This document shows, one piece after another, positions 10,501 to 19,530 of a stretch of DNA of 64,000 bases. The translations under genes and the position numbers were made by a program. Source of the DNA: an uncultured cyanobacterium (lineage in GTDB: Bacteria; Cyanobacteriota; Cyanobacteriia; Cyanobacteriales; CAWCAG01); assembly GCA_963803805.1 (NCBI GenBank), contig CAWDOD010000010.1:288001-352000 (forward strand), given 5' to 3'. The first letter of the stretch is position 1; each line of letters starts with the position of its first letter. A model generated the notes under the pieces. The model ran no database searches. It saw only the letters and a list, made by a program, of their open reading frames with translations, and had not been told where the DNA came from.

Positions 10501-11415
10501 TACCATCAAACCTACTTCCTCTTCATTGAGCATATCTGCTAAGGTAATAGCGCTTACTAAGGCTGATTTTCCTTCAGAATCTTCAAAGAGGAGATAACCT
10601 AGATTACCTTTTTTCCCTTCTCCTTTTGTTGCCGCAGCCGGGTCAGTATTTTTAGCCAGTTCCCAAAGTCTACCATCAGAGTCAAAAGTACCATGACCAT
10701 CAAAATGAATCATATCTACAGCCGGCTTACGGCGATCCTCTAACCTTTTCGTCAGGCTATCCAAGGTTGCTGGACGTAAAAACTCAACCTCAACAATACC
10801 TGGAGCGTTTTCATCAATAGCATCTAAAACAGGTTTAGCCTCACCACGGGGATCAATAAAACCTGCATCGCTAGGACGACTGACAATATAAAGAATCCGT
10901 AGTTTCTGCTTTGGCTCCACTTCAAAAGGTAAATCCCCACCACCAGCCCCAGCTAAACGCCTACGGATAGGCATACGAGGTTTAGAATGGAGCAGATAGG
11001 TTTTTTCTGGATCGTGGAGTAGTTCCCAGGGCAAAGAAAGAATAGCTGGATGTTCAGCACTGATAGTAATGAAACCAACTTCTCTGTTTTCCTTTCTTTT
11101 CCTTTTAAAATTCTCAAACAGCCTTTGGGCAGTTAAACTCGGAAATGCAGCTTCAAATAGGGCTTTTCCCCACTGAGGTAGCTTTTCCTCAATGCGCCTA
11201 GCACTCTCATCATCCACATCAGTAGTGTAGCTGCTAGCATAAACTTCAAGATACCAACGAATATCCTCGTAGTCTTCCGGTTGTAAGGGAGAAACAAATT
11301 CTAAGGTTTTGGTTTCTTGTTCAGCAAATTGAACTATTACTTGTTGAGGAGAAGGGAAACGGAGATTAAGTTTCATGGCGATGGCATCAGAGTTTGTTGT
11401 ATCTCTATTCCTCAT
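7567..11415 (-). CDS. CHAT (caspase-like) protease + STAND/NB-ARC-like NTPase + TPR repeat protein
   Basis: CHAT catalytic motifs IHFDGHG and LSACQS; Walker A GFGGQGKT; Walker B LLILDNLE; C-terminal TPRs. The start may be the ATG at 11376. Confidence 0.88.
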   Translation of the reverse strand: MRNRDTTNSDAIAMKLNLRFPSPQQVIVQFAEQETKTLEFVSPLQPEDYEDIRWYLEVYASSYTTDVDDESARRIEEKLPQWGKALFEAAFPSLTAQRLFENFKRKRKENREVGFITISAEHPAILSLPWELLHDPEKTYLLHSKPRMPIRRRLAGAGGGDLPFEVEPKQKLRILYIVSRPSDAGFIDPRGEAKPVLDAIDENAPGIVEVEFLRPATLDSLTKRLEDRRKPAVDMIHFDGHGTFDSDGRLWELAKNTDPAAATKGEGKKGNLGYLLFEDSEGKSALVSAITLADMLNEEEVGLMVLSACQSSQVAGEDAMGTIAARLTHAGIPSVIAMSYSVLVKTAQQFFAEFYTRLVAGEGTGEALDNARRNLYRNTGRGERQRGQDRITMKMQDWFLPTLYQSGVDTPLLQPGEVAEEEEETLNHNLPEVQEAGFWGRSEELWQIETAFVRGTKRITVTGFGGQGKTYLVQEAGRWLQRTGMFSHVCFVDYAAFQGIDAVGWAVSSLGVVLENSFVDVGAVGNYLRSHHKNRSLLLILDNLETLSPEALQELLTVAQQWSEIGENRLLITTRQGSLNHPGYPNSGSRKHIPLALSGLGREDALSYFQELMKLPSEPLFALPQRRELLKLFRLVDFHPLSIGLLANQLKVRRIGEVEGSLEKLIEETIAATANSEDKNVSLLASLRLSLQMLPEEVQGLLPKLGVFQGGVWEFMITGVMKLFTEEQWQQLRPALENAGLIKAEILPGWKSPYLKFHPTLTPILRQDGSSNIASLQESYCQAYYQLAGYLYDEDEKNPHQARAIAKRELPNLLNAVEETLILKANYVVQFVDSVSHFLRVLGLTFKILQLIEKVQQLVQGVNSRSWYLAQSYKVEELFYAGHYQEATLVCKSILANIGNIYNDELCALLYMLGSCLQAQGKVNLATVKYRQALDVASESEQSQTIQTMIGALHSELAEVMMQMGKLEDARKNYELSLTTYQKIGNERDEALVQANLGTLALKQGKLLEAHKFYQAALENFQKIEAPELEASSWNQLGNVHYEAKAWEAAEFAYRQSAQISESQGNLAGAAGTWHNLAQLCIGIGKLKDAEAWFRKSIKAGKEVGDMVRVSTRLFRLAFFLYKKTQNLSEACQLAEEALTISKTLDPAVAEIWNIYELLARIAQKQGKSSQAREYSRLAREAKWNFTGTRYELRNYSKLIGMVVATVSDSERRQQLEELLEPYVNKGWVNLVTAIRQILAGERDEDVFLEDLNYEDAVTIRAILQGIADPTTLQDLLAGNEE

Positions 11416-11467
11416 GTTGCCATAACTAATTTTCCAGTTCTGTAGGAAAACTCTTAGCTAAGTTATT

Positions 11468-11881
11468 TTAAGCTATAGCTTTAGAACTGTTCTCAAGTGG
11501 TAAAAATACTGCTTGAGGTAACTTAAAAAATTTGGCTAACTCTTGAATATGGCGCACCGTTAATTTTCTTTTCCCATTTAAAATATCAGAAACAATAGAC
11601 TCAGTTTTAAATATGGGTACAAGGTCTTTTTGAAGCAAATCTCTTTCGGCTATTAAAACCTTTAATAGTTCTACCCCACTCAGATCAGGTACTGGTTCTG
11701 TTCTTCGTTCATAATCAAAAACCAGTGTTCCTAAAACATTGAGATAATCTGATTCTTCCGAACTTAAAGACGGACGATCCAATAACTTATCTATAACTGC
11801 AACTGTTTTATCCCATTCTTCATCTGAATTAATGGTATGAGGCGGGAATGTTTGTAGTAGCTGAAGATATTTGTCGGTCAT
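11468..11881 (-). CDS. higA: HigA-family antitoxin (HTH)
   Basis: LQKDLVPIFKTESIVSDILNGKRKLTVRHIQELAKFF HTH; lies downstream of higB. Confidence 0.9.
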   Translation of the reverse strand: MTDKYLQLLQTFPPHTINSDEEWDKTVAVIDKLLDRPSLSSEESDYLNVLGTLVFDYERRTEPVPDLSGVELLKVLIAERDLLQKDLVPIFKTESIVSDILNGKRKLTVRHIQELAKFFKLPQAVFLPLENSSKAIA

Positions 11882-11972
11882 AAAAAGAGATATTTTTACA
11901 AAAAAGCTAGAAGAAATAAAGCATATTAAATAGATAAAGAGCTTGTTTTAATTACCTTAAACAGGCTATCGA

Positions 11973-12275
11973 TTACTGAGACCAATCATCTTTTTTCCAA
12001 TTTTCTTTGTCATATTCGGCATGAGTTGAAACATCTCGGATAAACACTTTGCTTTGATCGTAATCAATATAAGTAATTAAGCGAAAATTATTCCCTCCAA
12101 TGTTGAATACAACGAAGTTTTTTACCCGATCTGCTGAAGGAAAAGTTTGAACAATATCGTTAAAACACTGCCATTTATCAACAGTTGTTAATTTGTACCA
12201 ATACCGTAAACTTGCCTCCGCAGTAGGATGAGATTGCCAAAACTGCCTTAGCTTTTTAAGTGAGATGACGTGCAT
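11973..12275 (-). CDS. higB: HigB-family toxin (RelE superfamily)
   Basis: MHVISLKKLRQFW...VVFNIGGNNFRLI...THAEYDK; toxin-first gene order; GTG start. Confidence 0.92.
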   Translation of the reverse strand: MHVISLKKLRQFWQSHPTAEASLRYWYKLTTVDKWQCFNDIVQTFPSADRVKNFVVFNIGGNNFRLITYIDYDQSKVFIRDVSTHAEYDKENWKKDDWSQ

Positions 12276-12339
12276 TCAGTTTCCTTATTTTATAAGTTTA
12301 AGGGTTGCATCATCTCTTCTAGCTATTTTAAGCTCATTT

Positions 12340-12368
12340 CTCCAACTTCGCAATTTGCTAAGTTGGAG
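12340..12368. promoter_or_regulatory. Palindrome upstream of higB (candidate HigA operator, or coaBC terminator)
   Basis: CTCCAACTT-C-GCAA-T-TTGC-T-AAGTTGGAG, 65 nt upstream of higB. Confidence 0.5.
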
Positions 12369-12404
12369 TCAATGGAAATATAGCTTGCTAATTTCCTAAC
12401 TGAC

Positions 12405-13646
12405 TTAAGTAGCAAATTCGTCTAAAAGAAAATCCCATAACCGACAAGCCAACGCTAACTTAGAACAAGGTGCAATAGTTTGCTTCTTACCATCAGCCGT
12501 AATAATCATCCCTTCATTAATATCACTAGCAAAACCAGATTCGGCTTTATCTATAGGATTAGCAACAATGGCATCAAGCTTCTTTCTTTGTAACTTTTCC
12601 CAAGCTGGGGTAACAATCTCCCCTGTTTGTGCGGCAAAACCAATTAACTTTTGCTGAGACTGTTTGCGTTGCCCCAATTCTGCCACAATATCCGTTACAG
12701 GAGTTAAAGGTAAGCTAGCGGGTAAAGACTTTTTTGGTAACTTTTCTGAACTATACTCGGTTGGTTTAACATCAGCCACCGCCGCCGCCATAACTGTCCA
12801 ATCTGCATCTGGAAATGCAGCTAACATCGCTTCTTGCATTTCTGCTGCACTGACTACCCCTATAGTTTTTACCTGTTGAGGTAAATGAGTTAGTAACTCC
12901 TTTCCCATGGGACTATGAACAAAGGTTACTGCTGCCCCACGATAGAAGGCAGCTTGTGCTAAAGCTAAACCCATTTTACCAGTGGAAGGGTTGCCCAAAA
13001 AGCGTACAGGATCTAAATATTCCCTTGTACCTCCAGCACTAATTAAAATCGACTTGCCGACTAAATCTTTTTCACCTTGAGGCAATAAACATTGTATCGC
13101 AGTCAATATTGCTTCTGGTTCTGCCATTCTACCTGCACCGACGCGATCGCAAGCTAGCAATCCTGAATTAGGACTTAAACTAAGATAACGTTTCTGCTCG
13201 GTTAATTGTTGCCAGTTGCGTTGCACCGTCACTTGTTGCCACATTTCCGTATTCATCGCCGGAGCAAGAAGTACCGGGCAAGTGGAAGCGAGGATAATAT
13301 TAGTTAAAAGGTTATCTGCCAAACCATAATTTAACTTAGCCAAAGTGTTAGCAGTTAAGGGAGCAATGATGATAATTTCTGCCCATTCTCCTAATTCAAT
13401 ATGCAAAGGGCGTTCATATAAAGGTTGCCAAAAATCCTCATCTCGATAAGCACGATGACGACTTAAGGTAGATACGGTTAAAGGGGTAATAAATTCTTCA
13501 GCAGCCGAGGTTAAAACTACTCTTACTTCCGCCCCAGCTTGGAAAAGTTGGGAAATTAAAGTACAAACTTTATAAGCGGCAATTCCCCCACCTATCAAGA
13601 GTAAAATTCGTTTTCCGCGTAATAATTCTGAAGCAGTGTTTGACAT
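12405..13646 (-). CDS. coaBC: Phosphopantothenoylcysteine decarboxylase/synthase
   Basis: [47 protein letters not shown] and AAVAD motifs. Confidence 0.97.
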   Translation of the reverse strand: MSNTASELLRGKRILLLIGGGIAAYKVCTLISQLFQAGAEVRVVLTSAAEEFITPLTVSTLSRHRAYRDEDFWQPLYERPLHIELGEWAEIIIIAPLTANTLAKLNYGLADNLLTNIILASTCPVLLAPAMNTEMWQQVTVQRNWQQLTEQKRYLSLSPNSGLLACDRVGAGRMAEPEAILTAIQCLLPQGEKDLVGKSILISAGGTREYLDPVRFLGNPSTGKMGLALAQAAFYRGAAVTFVHSPMGKELLTHLPQQVKTIGVVSAAEMQEAMLAAFPDADWTVMAAAVADVKPTEYSSEKLPKKSLPASLPLTPVTDIVAELGQRKQSQQKLIGFAAQTGEIVTPAWEKLQRKKLDAIVANPIDKAESGFASDINEGMIITADGKKQTIAPCSKLALACRLWDFLLDEFAT

Positions 13647-13822
13647 TACGAGGAGACAACCAGAAACGCTACTATAAATGTTAAATGATCAACGCCAAAT
13701 GATGCCAAATCCGGTTATCAAAAAACTAGCGTAAAATCTCAGGACAAAGTTCTCTCTTCTCCCTGCTGCCTACTTCCTACTCCCTATCCTAACAATACAA
13801 TCTAAATACCTGACAACTTAGT

Positions 13823-14632
13823 ATGATTTCCCCCTTCCCTGGCATGAATCCTTATTTAGAAAATCCGCGACTTTGGCCACAAGTTCACAAACGGCTAATT
13901 GTTGAGATAGCTGATGCCATGAATCCCCAACTACTACCTCAGTATTGGATGTCTATTGAAGAAAGGGTTTATCAAACTACAGCAACCAACGGCGAAGATT
14001 CTTTACTTGTGGGTATTCCTGATAATGTAGTTATCCAAACTTCTACTACAAAAACTTACCCTAGGGCAACCGCAACCGCAAGTATAGCCAAAGTACAACC
14101 CCAGATAATTAAGTTACCAACACCCCAGCCAGTTAAGGAATGGTATTTAGAGTTACAAGATGCAGAAAGTAAGAAAGTTGTTACCGTAATTGAGATACTT
14201 TCTCCTAAGAATAAAAGAGTAGGGGAAGGTCGTCAAAGTTATCAAAGCAAACGTCAACAGATTTTAGCAAGTAATACTCATTTAATTGAAATTGATTTGT
14301 TACGGCAAGGCAAAAGTTTGCCGATGGGAAGCGAAGATATTACAAGTGATTACCGCATCTTGGTTAGTAGAAGTTACCAACGTCCCCAAGCAGATTTGTA
14401 CGCTTTTGACCTTATGACAGAAATTCCGGCTATTCCTCTACCCATAGCACAACAGGAAAAACAAATAACTGAACCAATAATTCCTTTACAAGAAATACTT
14501 AACTCAATCTATCAAAAAGCAGGCTATGGATTAGTTATTGATTATAATCTCAATCCAACCCCTCGCCTAAGTAAATCGGCAACTACTTGGCTAGAAGAAC
14601 TATTAAAGGAGAAAGGTTTGAGAAATATTTAA
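13823..14632 (+). CDS. DUF4058 family protein (restriction-endonuclease-like fold)
   Basis: N-terminus SPFPGMNPYLE; VIEILSPKNK; HLIEIDLLRQG. Confidence 0.85.
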   Translation: MISPFPGMNPYLENPRLWPQVHKRLIVEIADAMNPQLLPQYWMSIEERVYQTTATNGEDSLLVGIPDNVVIQTSTTKTYPRATATASIAKVQPQIIKLPTPQPVKEWYLELQDAESKKVVTVIEILSPKNKRVGEGRQSYQSKRQQILASNTHLIEIDLLRQGKSLPMGSEDITSDYRILVSRSYQRPQADLYAFDLMTEIPAIPLPIAQQEKQITEPIIPLQEILNSIYQKAGYGLVIDYNLNPTPRLSKSATTWLEELLKEKGLRNI

Positions 14633-14832
14633 AAAAGATTAGACATTGCCTCAATCACTGCTGCGTTTAACTGACTCTTCTTTACTGTCGCTTCTTTTTC
14701 TGGCTTCGGCAATTGTGGTTTAGCTGCGGTAACGACATCTTCAAATAAGCAATCTTTTGACTCTTTTGCGTTACCAAAAAGCTTGTTTTCGTTAGGAAAA
14801 AAGGCAGAATTCGCTGTGGTTGAAATATTCAT
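14629..14832 (-). CDS. Small hypothetical protein
   Basis: 67-aa ATG ORF filling the gap and convergent with DUF4058; no recognisable motif. Confidence 0.45.
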   Translation of the reverse strand: MNISTTANSAFFPNENKLFGNAKESKDCLFEDVVTAAKPQLPKPEKEATVKKSQLNAAVIEAMSNLF

Positions 14833-15072
14833 ATCTTCTCTGTGCCAGGTATGCTTAACTTGTATATTTACATTTTCTCTAACTTATGTTTGCGATCGCG
14901 GTCATACACAAGTATATTTTTGGTGTTATGTGTATAACTTAGGTATGATTTTTTGTAAATAGAGATATTCAGCCTAAATTCACATTTTCATAGATCACAT
15001 AAAATCTTCATACGAGGCTCTCAAAGTAATTTCAGCAACAAAATTAGGCTCAATTTTGCAATTAAACAATTT

Positions 15073-16779
15073 TTATAGAGAAGTGGTGGCATAATCTACC
15101 AACTCTAAAAGTTTATGGCGTAAAGTTGCAAAACCCAGGCGATCGCTTGCCGACACAAACACTGCCAAAGGAAATTCTTCTGCTGCCTGGTTGATAACTT
15201 GTGCATCTACTTGGTCAATTTTATTAAAGACAATCAGCATTGGCCCTGGAGTAATGGGCATATCAGCAAGAATACTCGTTACAGAACGAATCTGACTTTG
15301 CCATGCTGGGTGAGACAAATTTACTAAATGAACCAAAGCATCAGCTTCTGTAACTTCTTCTAAGGTAGCCCGGAAAGCATCTACTAAAGCTGGGGGCAAT
15401 TCTTGAATAAATCCCACTGTATCTGTAAGTAAAATGTTACGGGATTGGCTTGTGGCTTTTTCACTAACAGCTAAGCGACGGGTAGTCGGGTCTAAGGTGG
15501 CAAAAAGCTGGTCGGCTGTATAAACTGTCCCTCCTGTTAAGGCATTGAGGAGAGTAGATTTACCTGCATTAGTATAACCAACAATCGCTACTGTCGGCAC
15601 TTCCTTTTGTTGTCTTCGCTGTCGCAGGCGAGAACGATGTGCTTGTAGTTGATTAACTTCTTTTTGCAACCTGGCTAAACGAGTTTGGATACTACGGCGT
15701 TCGGTTTCCAACTTTGTTTCCCCTGGCCCCCTTGTACCGATTCCTCCTCCTAAGCGGGACATAGCTTGACCACGCCCAGTAAGACGGGGCAACATATACT
15801 CTAATTGAGCCAATTCCACCTGCAATTTTCCGGCGCGAGATTGGGCCCGTTGAGCAAAAATATCAAGGATAACTTCTGTCCTATCCACCACCCGAATACC
15901 CATACGAGTTTCTAAATTACGAACTTGGGCGGGGGATAAGTCCCGATCAAAAGCTACCAAGTTTGCCCCTAATACCTGTGCGGTAAGGGCTATTTCTTGT
16001 ACTTTACCGGAACCAATTACAGTTTGGGGATGAGGGCGAGAACGTTTTTGCTTGATAGTTTCTAATACTTCACCCCCAGCAGTATTTACCAATCTAATTA
16101 ATTCGTCTAAACCGCGCTCAAATTGAGGTAGGGAAAGATTGTCTGTCATTAGCCCTACCAACACTACTCGTTCTTTATCTACATCAACATCCCTAGCTAT
16201 GTATTCGCGACGAAATTCAGATTCTAACCCTTCTACAAGATCGAGGAAATCTTGTTTATACAAGGCATCTAAACTTAAAGGAGGAGATAAATACCAACAA
16301 GCAAGATTACTATCATCAGTATCTTGTTGGGGAATGAGGTGAGCAAGATAAGCTTGTTTAACATAACCAGTTCCTCCCCCACCTCGACGTTGGAAACCTT
16401 CACCACTTAAGGTTAACATCACCAAAGCATCCAGTCTTTGCATCGCCATTGCTGTCAAGCTCGATTCTTTAGGAGTTTCAGCTTTAAGTTTAGTCGCAAT
16501 ACAACGAATACCAGATAGTCTCTCTGCACCATAACGAGGAAGTTCTAAGGGAGGAATTTGAGTTTGATGAGGACTACCAATTCCCACTCGCATGACCTGT
16601 CCTCGACGATTAATATAGACACAAACAGGTTGCTGTATTTCTTGGCTAATAGCTCCTAAGCGCTGAGCAAATTCTGGCGTAACCAAAAGTTCACGAGGGT
16701 TACGCTGATTATAAAGTCGTTGTAGTTGCTTAATCTGATTGGACTTGAGTCCTTTAAGATTACCGTAGATGGTATCGAT
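15073..16779 (-). CDS. hflX: GTPase HflX (cyanobacterial long form), probable ATC/ATT start
   Basis: GGIGTRGPGETKLE, VGYTNAGKST, LFATLDPTTR, DTVGFI and NKID motifs. The frame continues 31 codons above the ORF-track start (IDTIYGNLKGLKSNQIKQLQRLYNQR). Confidence 0.93.
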   Translation of the reverse strand: MDTIYGNLKGLKSNQIKQLQRLYNQRNPRELLVTPEFAQRLGAISQEIQQPVCVYINRRGQVMRVGIGSPHQTQIPPLELPRYGAERLSGIRCIATKLKAETPKESSLTAMAMQRLDALVMLTLSGEGFQRRGGGGTGYVKQAYLAHLIPQQDTDDSNLACWYLSPPLSLDALYKQDFLDLVEGLESEFRREYIARDVDVDKERVVLVGLMTDNLSLPQFERGLDELIRLVNTAGGEVLETIKQKRSRPHPQTVIGSGKVQEIALTAQVLGANLVAFDRDLSPAQVRNLETRMGIRVVDRTEVILDIFAQRAQSRAGKLQVELAQLEYMLPRLTGRGQAMSRLGGGIGTRGPGETKLETERRSIQTRLARLQKEVNQLQAHRSRLRQRRQQKEVPTVAIVGYTNAGKSTLLNALTGGTVYTADQLFATLDPTTRRLAVSEKATSQSRNILLTDTVGFIQELPPALVDAFRATLEEVTEADALVHLVNLSHPAWQSQIRSVTSILADMPITPGPMLIVFNKIDQVDAQVINQAAEEFPLAVFVSASDRLGFATLRHKLLELVDYATTSL

Positions 16780-17016
16780 AATGCTTTGATTATAGTAATT
16801 AAGGTTTCTTTAATTTCATTGTACTTACAGATAGTCACTCTGGGGTAATTGGTAATTGGTAATTGCTATTTGCTAGTTGCTAATCGCTAATGGTTGCTTT
16901 AGTACCAGAAGAAAAGTAAGAAGCAACATAACTTATTACTTATGGAGGGCGACCCAATTTGAACCCTGATTTGTCAATCATATTTGGGAAACGGGCCGCC
17001 TCTACTTAATTACTTA

Positions 17017-18180
17017 TTACTTACCCATACCCAGTTGCTGAGCTTTTTGGTAAACTTTTCCTTCTGTTAATAGAGAGGGGGCAATTATCACTTCAACTTG
17101 CTGCATTTCCTTAATATTTTTCGCTCCTAAAGTTCCCATACTGGTTTTCAGAGCGCCGAGTAAGTTATGAGTGCCATCATCTAGTTTCGCTGGACCAGTA
17201 AGAATTTCTTTTATACTTCCTGTTGTCCCCACATTAATGCGAGTTCCCCGTGGTAAAACAGGACTTGGAGTTGCCATACCCCAATGATAATCTTGACCGG
17301 GGGATTCTGCTGCCCTAGCGATAGGAGAACCAATCATCACCCCGTCAGCACCACAGGCGATACATTTACAAATATCCCCTCCGGTTACAATACCACCATC
17401 AGCTATTACTGGGACATATTTACCTGTTTCTTGGTAAAAATCGTCTCTAGCTGCGGCACAATCTGCTGTTGCTGTTGCTTGGGGAACCCCCACACCTAAA
17501 ACACCGCGAGAAGTACAAGCTGCACCAGGCCCAATTCCTACTAACACAGCAGCAGCCCCTGCTTTCATTAAATTCAGGGCAACTTCATAGGTGACGCAGT
17601 TACCTAAAACTACCGGCATCGGCATCTCTCGGCAAAATTGTCCTAAATCTAGAGGTGTTACCGATTCTGGAGAAAGATGAGCTGTTGAAACTACTGTTGC
17701 TTGTATAAAAAGTAAATCTGCCTCAGCAGAGGCGATCGCCTCACCATATTTCATCGCTCCTACAGGAGTAACACTAACGGCGGCAATCCCCCCGGCTTCT
17801 TTAATTTCCTTAATTCTTTGCTTAATCAGTTCTGGCTTGATAGATTCAGCATATAATTCTTGCATCAAACCCACAAACTCGGATTTCCCGACCCCAGCAA
17901 TGCGATTCAATACTGGTTTAGGGTCGCTATAGCGAGTTTGAATGCCTTCTAAGTTAAGCACTCCCATAGCTCCTAATTCCGATAGGAGTGTTGCCATTTT
18001 GACATCCACTACACTATCCATAGCGCTGGCAATAATGGGGATACTTCGCTTAATACCGCCTATTTCCCAGCTAGTGTCAGCTAAATTGGGGTCTAATGTT
18101 CTTAAACCCGGAACTAAAGCAATTTCATCAATTCCGTAGGCTCGACGAGCAGATTTACCCTGACCAATTAAAATATCCAC
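17017..18180 (-). CDS. guaB: GuaB3-family IMP dehydrogenase-related protein
   Basis: [31 protein letters not shown] and VIADGG motifs; GTG start. Confidence 0.93.
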   Translation of the reverse strand: MDILIGQGKSARRAYGIDEIALVPGLRTLDPNLADTSWEIGGIKRSIPIIASAMDSVVDVKMATLLSELGAMGVLNLEGIQTRYSDPKPVLNRIAGVGKSEFVGLMQELYAESIKPELIKQRIKEIKEAGGIAAVSVTPVGAMKYGEAIASAEADLLFIQATVVSTAHLSPESVTPLDLGQFCREMPMPVVLGNCVTYEVALNLMKAGAAAVLVGIGPGAACTSRGVLGVGVPQATATADCAAARDDFYQETGKYVPVIADGGIVTGGDICKCIACGADGVMIGSPIARAAESPGQDYHWGMATPSPVLPRGTRINVGTTGSIKEILTGPAKLDDGTHNLLGALKTSMGTLGAKNIKEMQQVEVIIAPSLLTEGKVYQKAQQLGMGK

Positions 18181-18332
18181 GCTTTTTTTTACCCTATCCC
18201 AAATCTATTAGGATAGGCTATCAAATTTTTGCAGAAATTGGGGATAGGGGTCTAGGTTATTTCTCTATAGGCAACAGAGTCAGACAGAGACAATATTGTC
18301 TGTCAAAAAGAGAAAACTATTCTCGATAAAAA

Positions 18333-18419
18333 CGGAGAGGGAGGGATTCGAACCCTCGTTAAAGTTGCCCCTAAACAGCATTTCCAGTGCTGCGCCTTCA
18401 ACCACTCGGCCACCTCTCC
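18333..18419 (-). tRNA. tRNA-Ser(GGA)
   Basis: Minus strand reads GGAGAGGTGGCCGAGTGGTTGAAGGCGCAGCACTGGAAATGCTG...GAGGGTTCGAATCCCTCCCTCTCCG: anticodon GGA, long variable arm, T-loop GTTCGAATC; CCA not encoded. Confidence 0.97.
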
Positions 18420-18499
18420 AGGTGGTGTCGCGATTTACTATGATACAACAAGCTTGCTTCTTTATGGGCAATTTAGGAGAAAAACTTTCCTTGGCTCCC

Positions 18500-19168
18500 T
18501 CAATTTCTTTTCCAAGCTAAAGTTAAACCATCGGCGATCGCTAACATACTTATAGTTACTCTGGTATCTTTATGAAGCTTCTTATTAAAAGCACCGATGG
18601 CTAAGGTTTGAGGATCTTGAACTTCAGCATCGGCAACCTTCCCTGCCCAAAGTACATTATCAATGGCAATGATTCCCCCTGCTCGTAGTAGTTGCAGAGA
18701 TTTTTCGTAATAAATATCGTAATTTCTTTTATCAGCATCAATAAAAACGAAATCAAAGCTCCCTGCCTCTCCTAAGTCGAGGAGTTGTTGCAAAGTTTCT
18801 AAAGCTGGGGCTAGGCGTAAGTCTATTTTGTGGTTAACTCCTGCTTGTTGCCAATAATGCTGGGCAATGGCGGTGGATTCTTCATTAACATCGCAGGCGA
18901 TTACTTTACCATCAGCAGGTAAAGCCAGGGCAACACATAAAGAACTGTAACCTGTAAACACACCAATTTCTAAGGTTTTCTTTGCCCCTAAAAGCTGCAC
19001 TAACAAAGCCATAAATTGACCTTGTTCAGGAGCTATTTGCATCCTAGACCCAGGCAGCTTAGCAGTTTCTTGGCGCAGTTGAGTAAGAACTTTGGCTTCC
19101 CGCAAAGAAACAGAAAGTAGGTATTCATAAAGGCGATCACTAATACCGAGGTTTTTATTATTTGTCAT
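18500..19168 (-). CDS. SAM-dependent O-methyltransferase (caffeoyl-CoA OMT-like)
   Basis: LEIGVFTGYS, FDFVFIDADK and IAIDNVLW motifs. Confidence 0.93.
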   Translation of the reverse strand: MTNNKNLGISDRLYEYLLSVSLREAKVLTQLRQETAKLPGSRMQIAPEQGQFMALLVQLLGAKKTLEIGVFTGYSSLCVALALPADGKVIACDVNEESTAIAQHYWQQAGVNHKIDLRLAPALETLQQLLDLGEAGSFDFVFIDADKRNYDIYYEKSLQLLRAGGIIAIDNVLWAGKVADAEVQDPQTLAIGAFNKKLHKDTRVTISMLAIADGLTLAWKRN

Positions 19169-19176
19169 TGTTTGCT

Positions 19177-19305
19177 TTATTTAGGTTGCCAAAAATCTTC
19201 TGATTTAGGACGACTATCGTATTCCTTGATTGAAGCCTCAACATCGCAAATGTGTTGATATGCCCATTCTCCCAAAACTGCTAGAGGTTTGGCTAATGAT
19301 TCTCC
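19177..19305 (-). pseudogene. 3' remnant of a probable HxlR-family winged-helix regulator
   Basis: Manual translation GESLAKPLAVLGEWAYQHICDVEASIKEYDSRPKSEDFWQPK* resembles the HxlR C-terminal helix. There is an in-frame stop two codons upstream and no start codon. Confidence 0.6.
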
Positions 19306-19405
19306 TATTTAACAAAAATGATTTATTGTCTTCATAATAAGACGGCTTTTCCTTTAGTTAACTTACTAACTTACTAGGTTTAGAGAAATTTAGAAAATAA
19401 GCTAG

Positions 19406-19455
19406 TTTTCCACAGAAATCTTTAATTTTCCACAGATTTCCTTGACTTTTCCACA
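19406..19455 (+). promoter_or_regulatory. Three phased TTTTCCACA (DnaA-box-type) motifs
   Basis: Exact copies at 19406, 19426 and 19447. Confidence 0.55.
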
Positions 19456-19530
19456 AGCTGACCCTTTCTAATAAGTTTAAGGGATGAGAAAATAACAAAA
19501 GAAGAAAATCAACTTATTACCTATTGCTTA

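Noticed and set aside
18333-18419. tRNA-Ser as an integration site
   Set aside because: No integrase and no duplicated tRNA 3' end seen; the flanks are housekeeping genes.
18096-18520. Short ORFs around 18.1-18.5 kb
   Set aside because: They overlap tRNA-Ser or guaB3 and are spurious.
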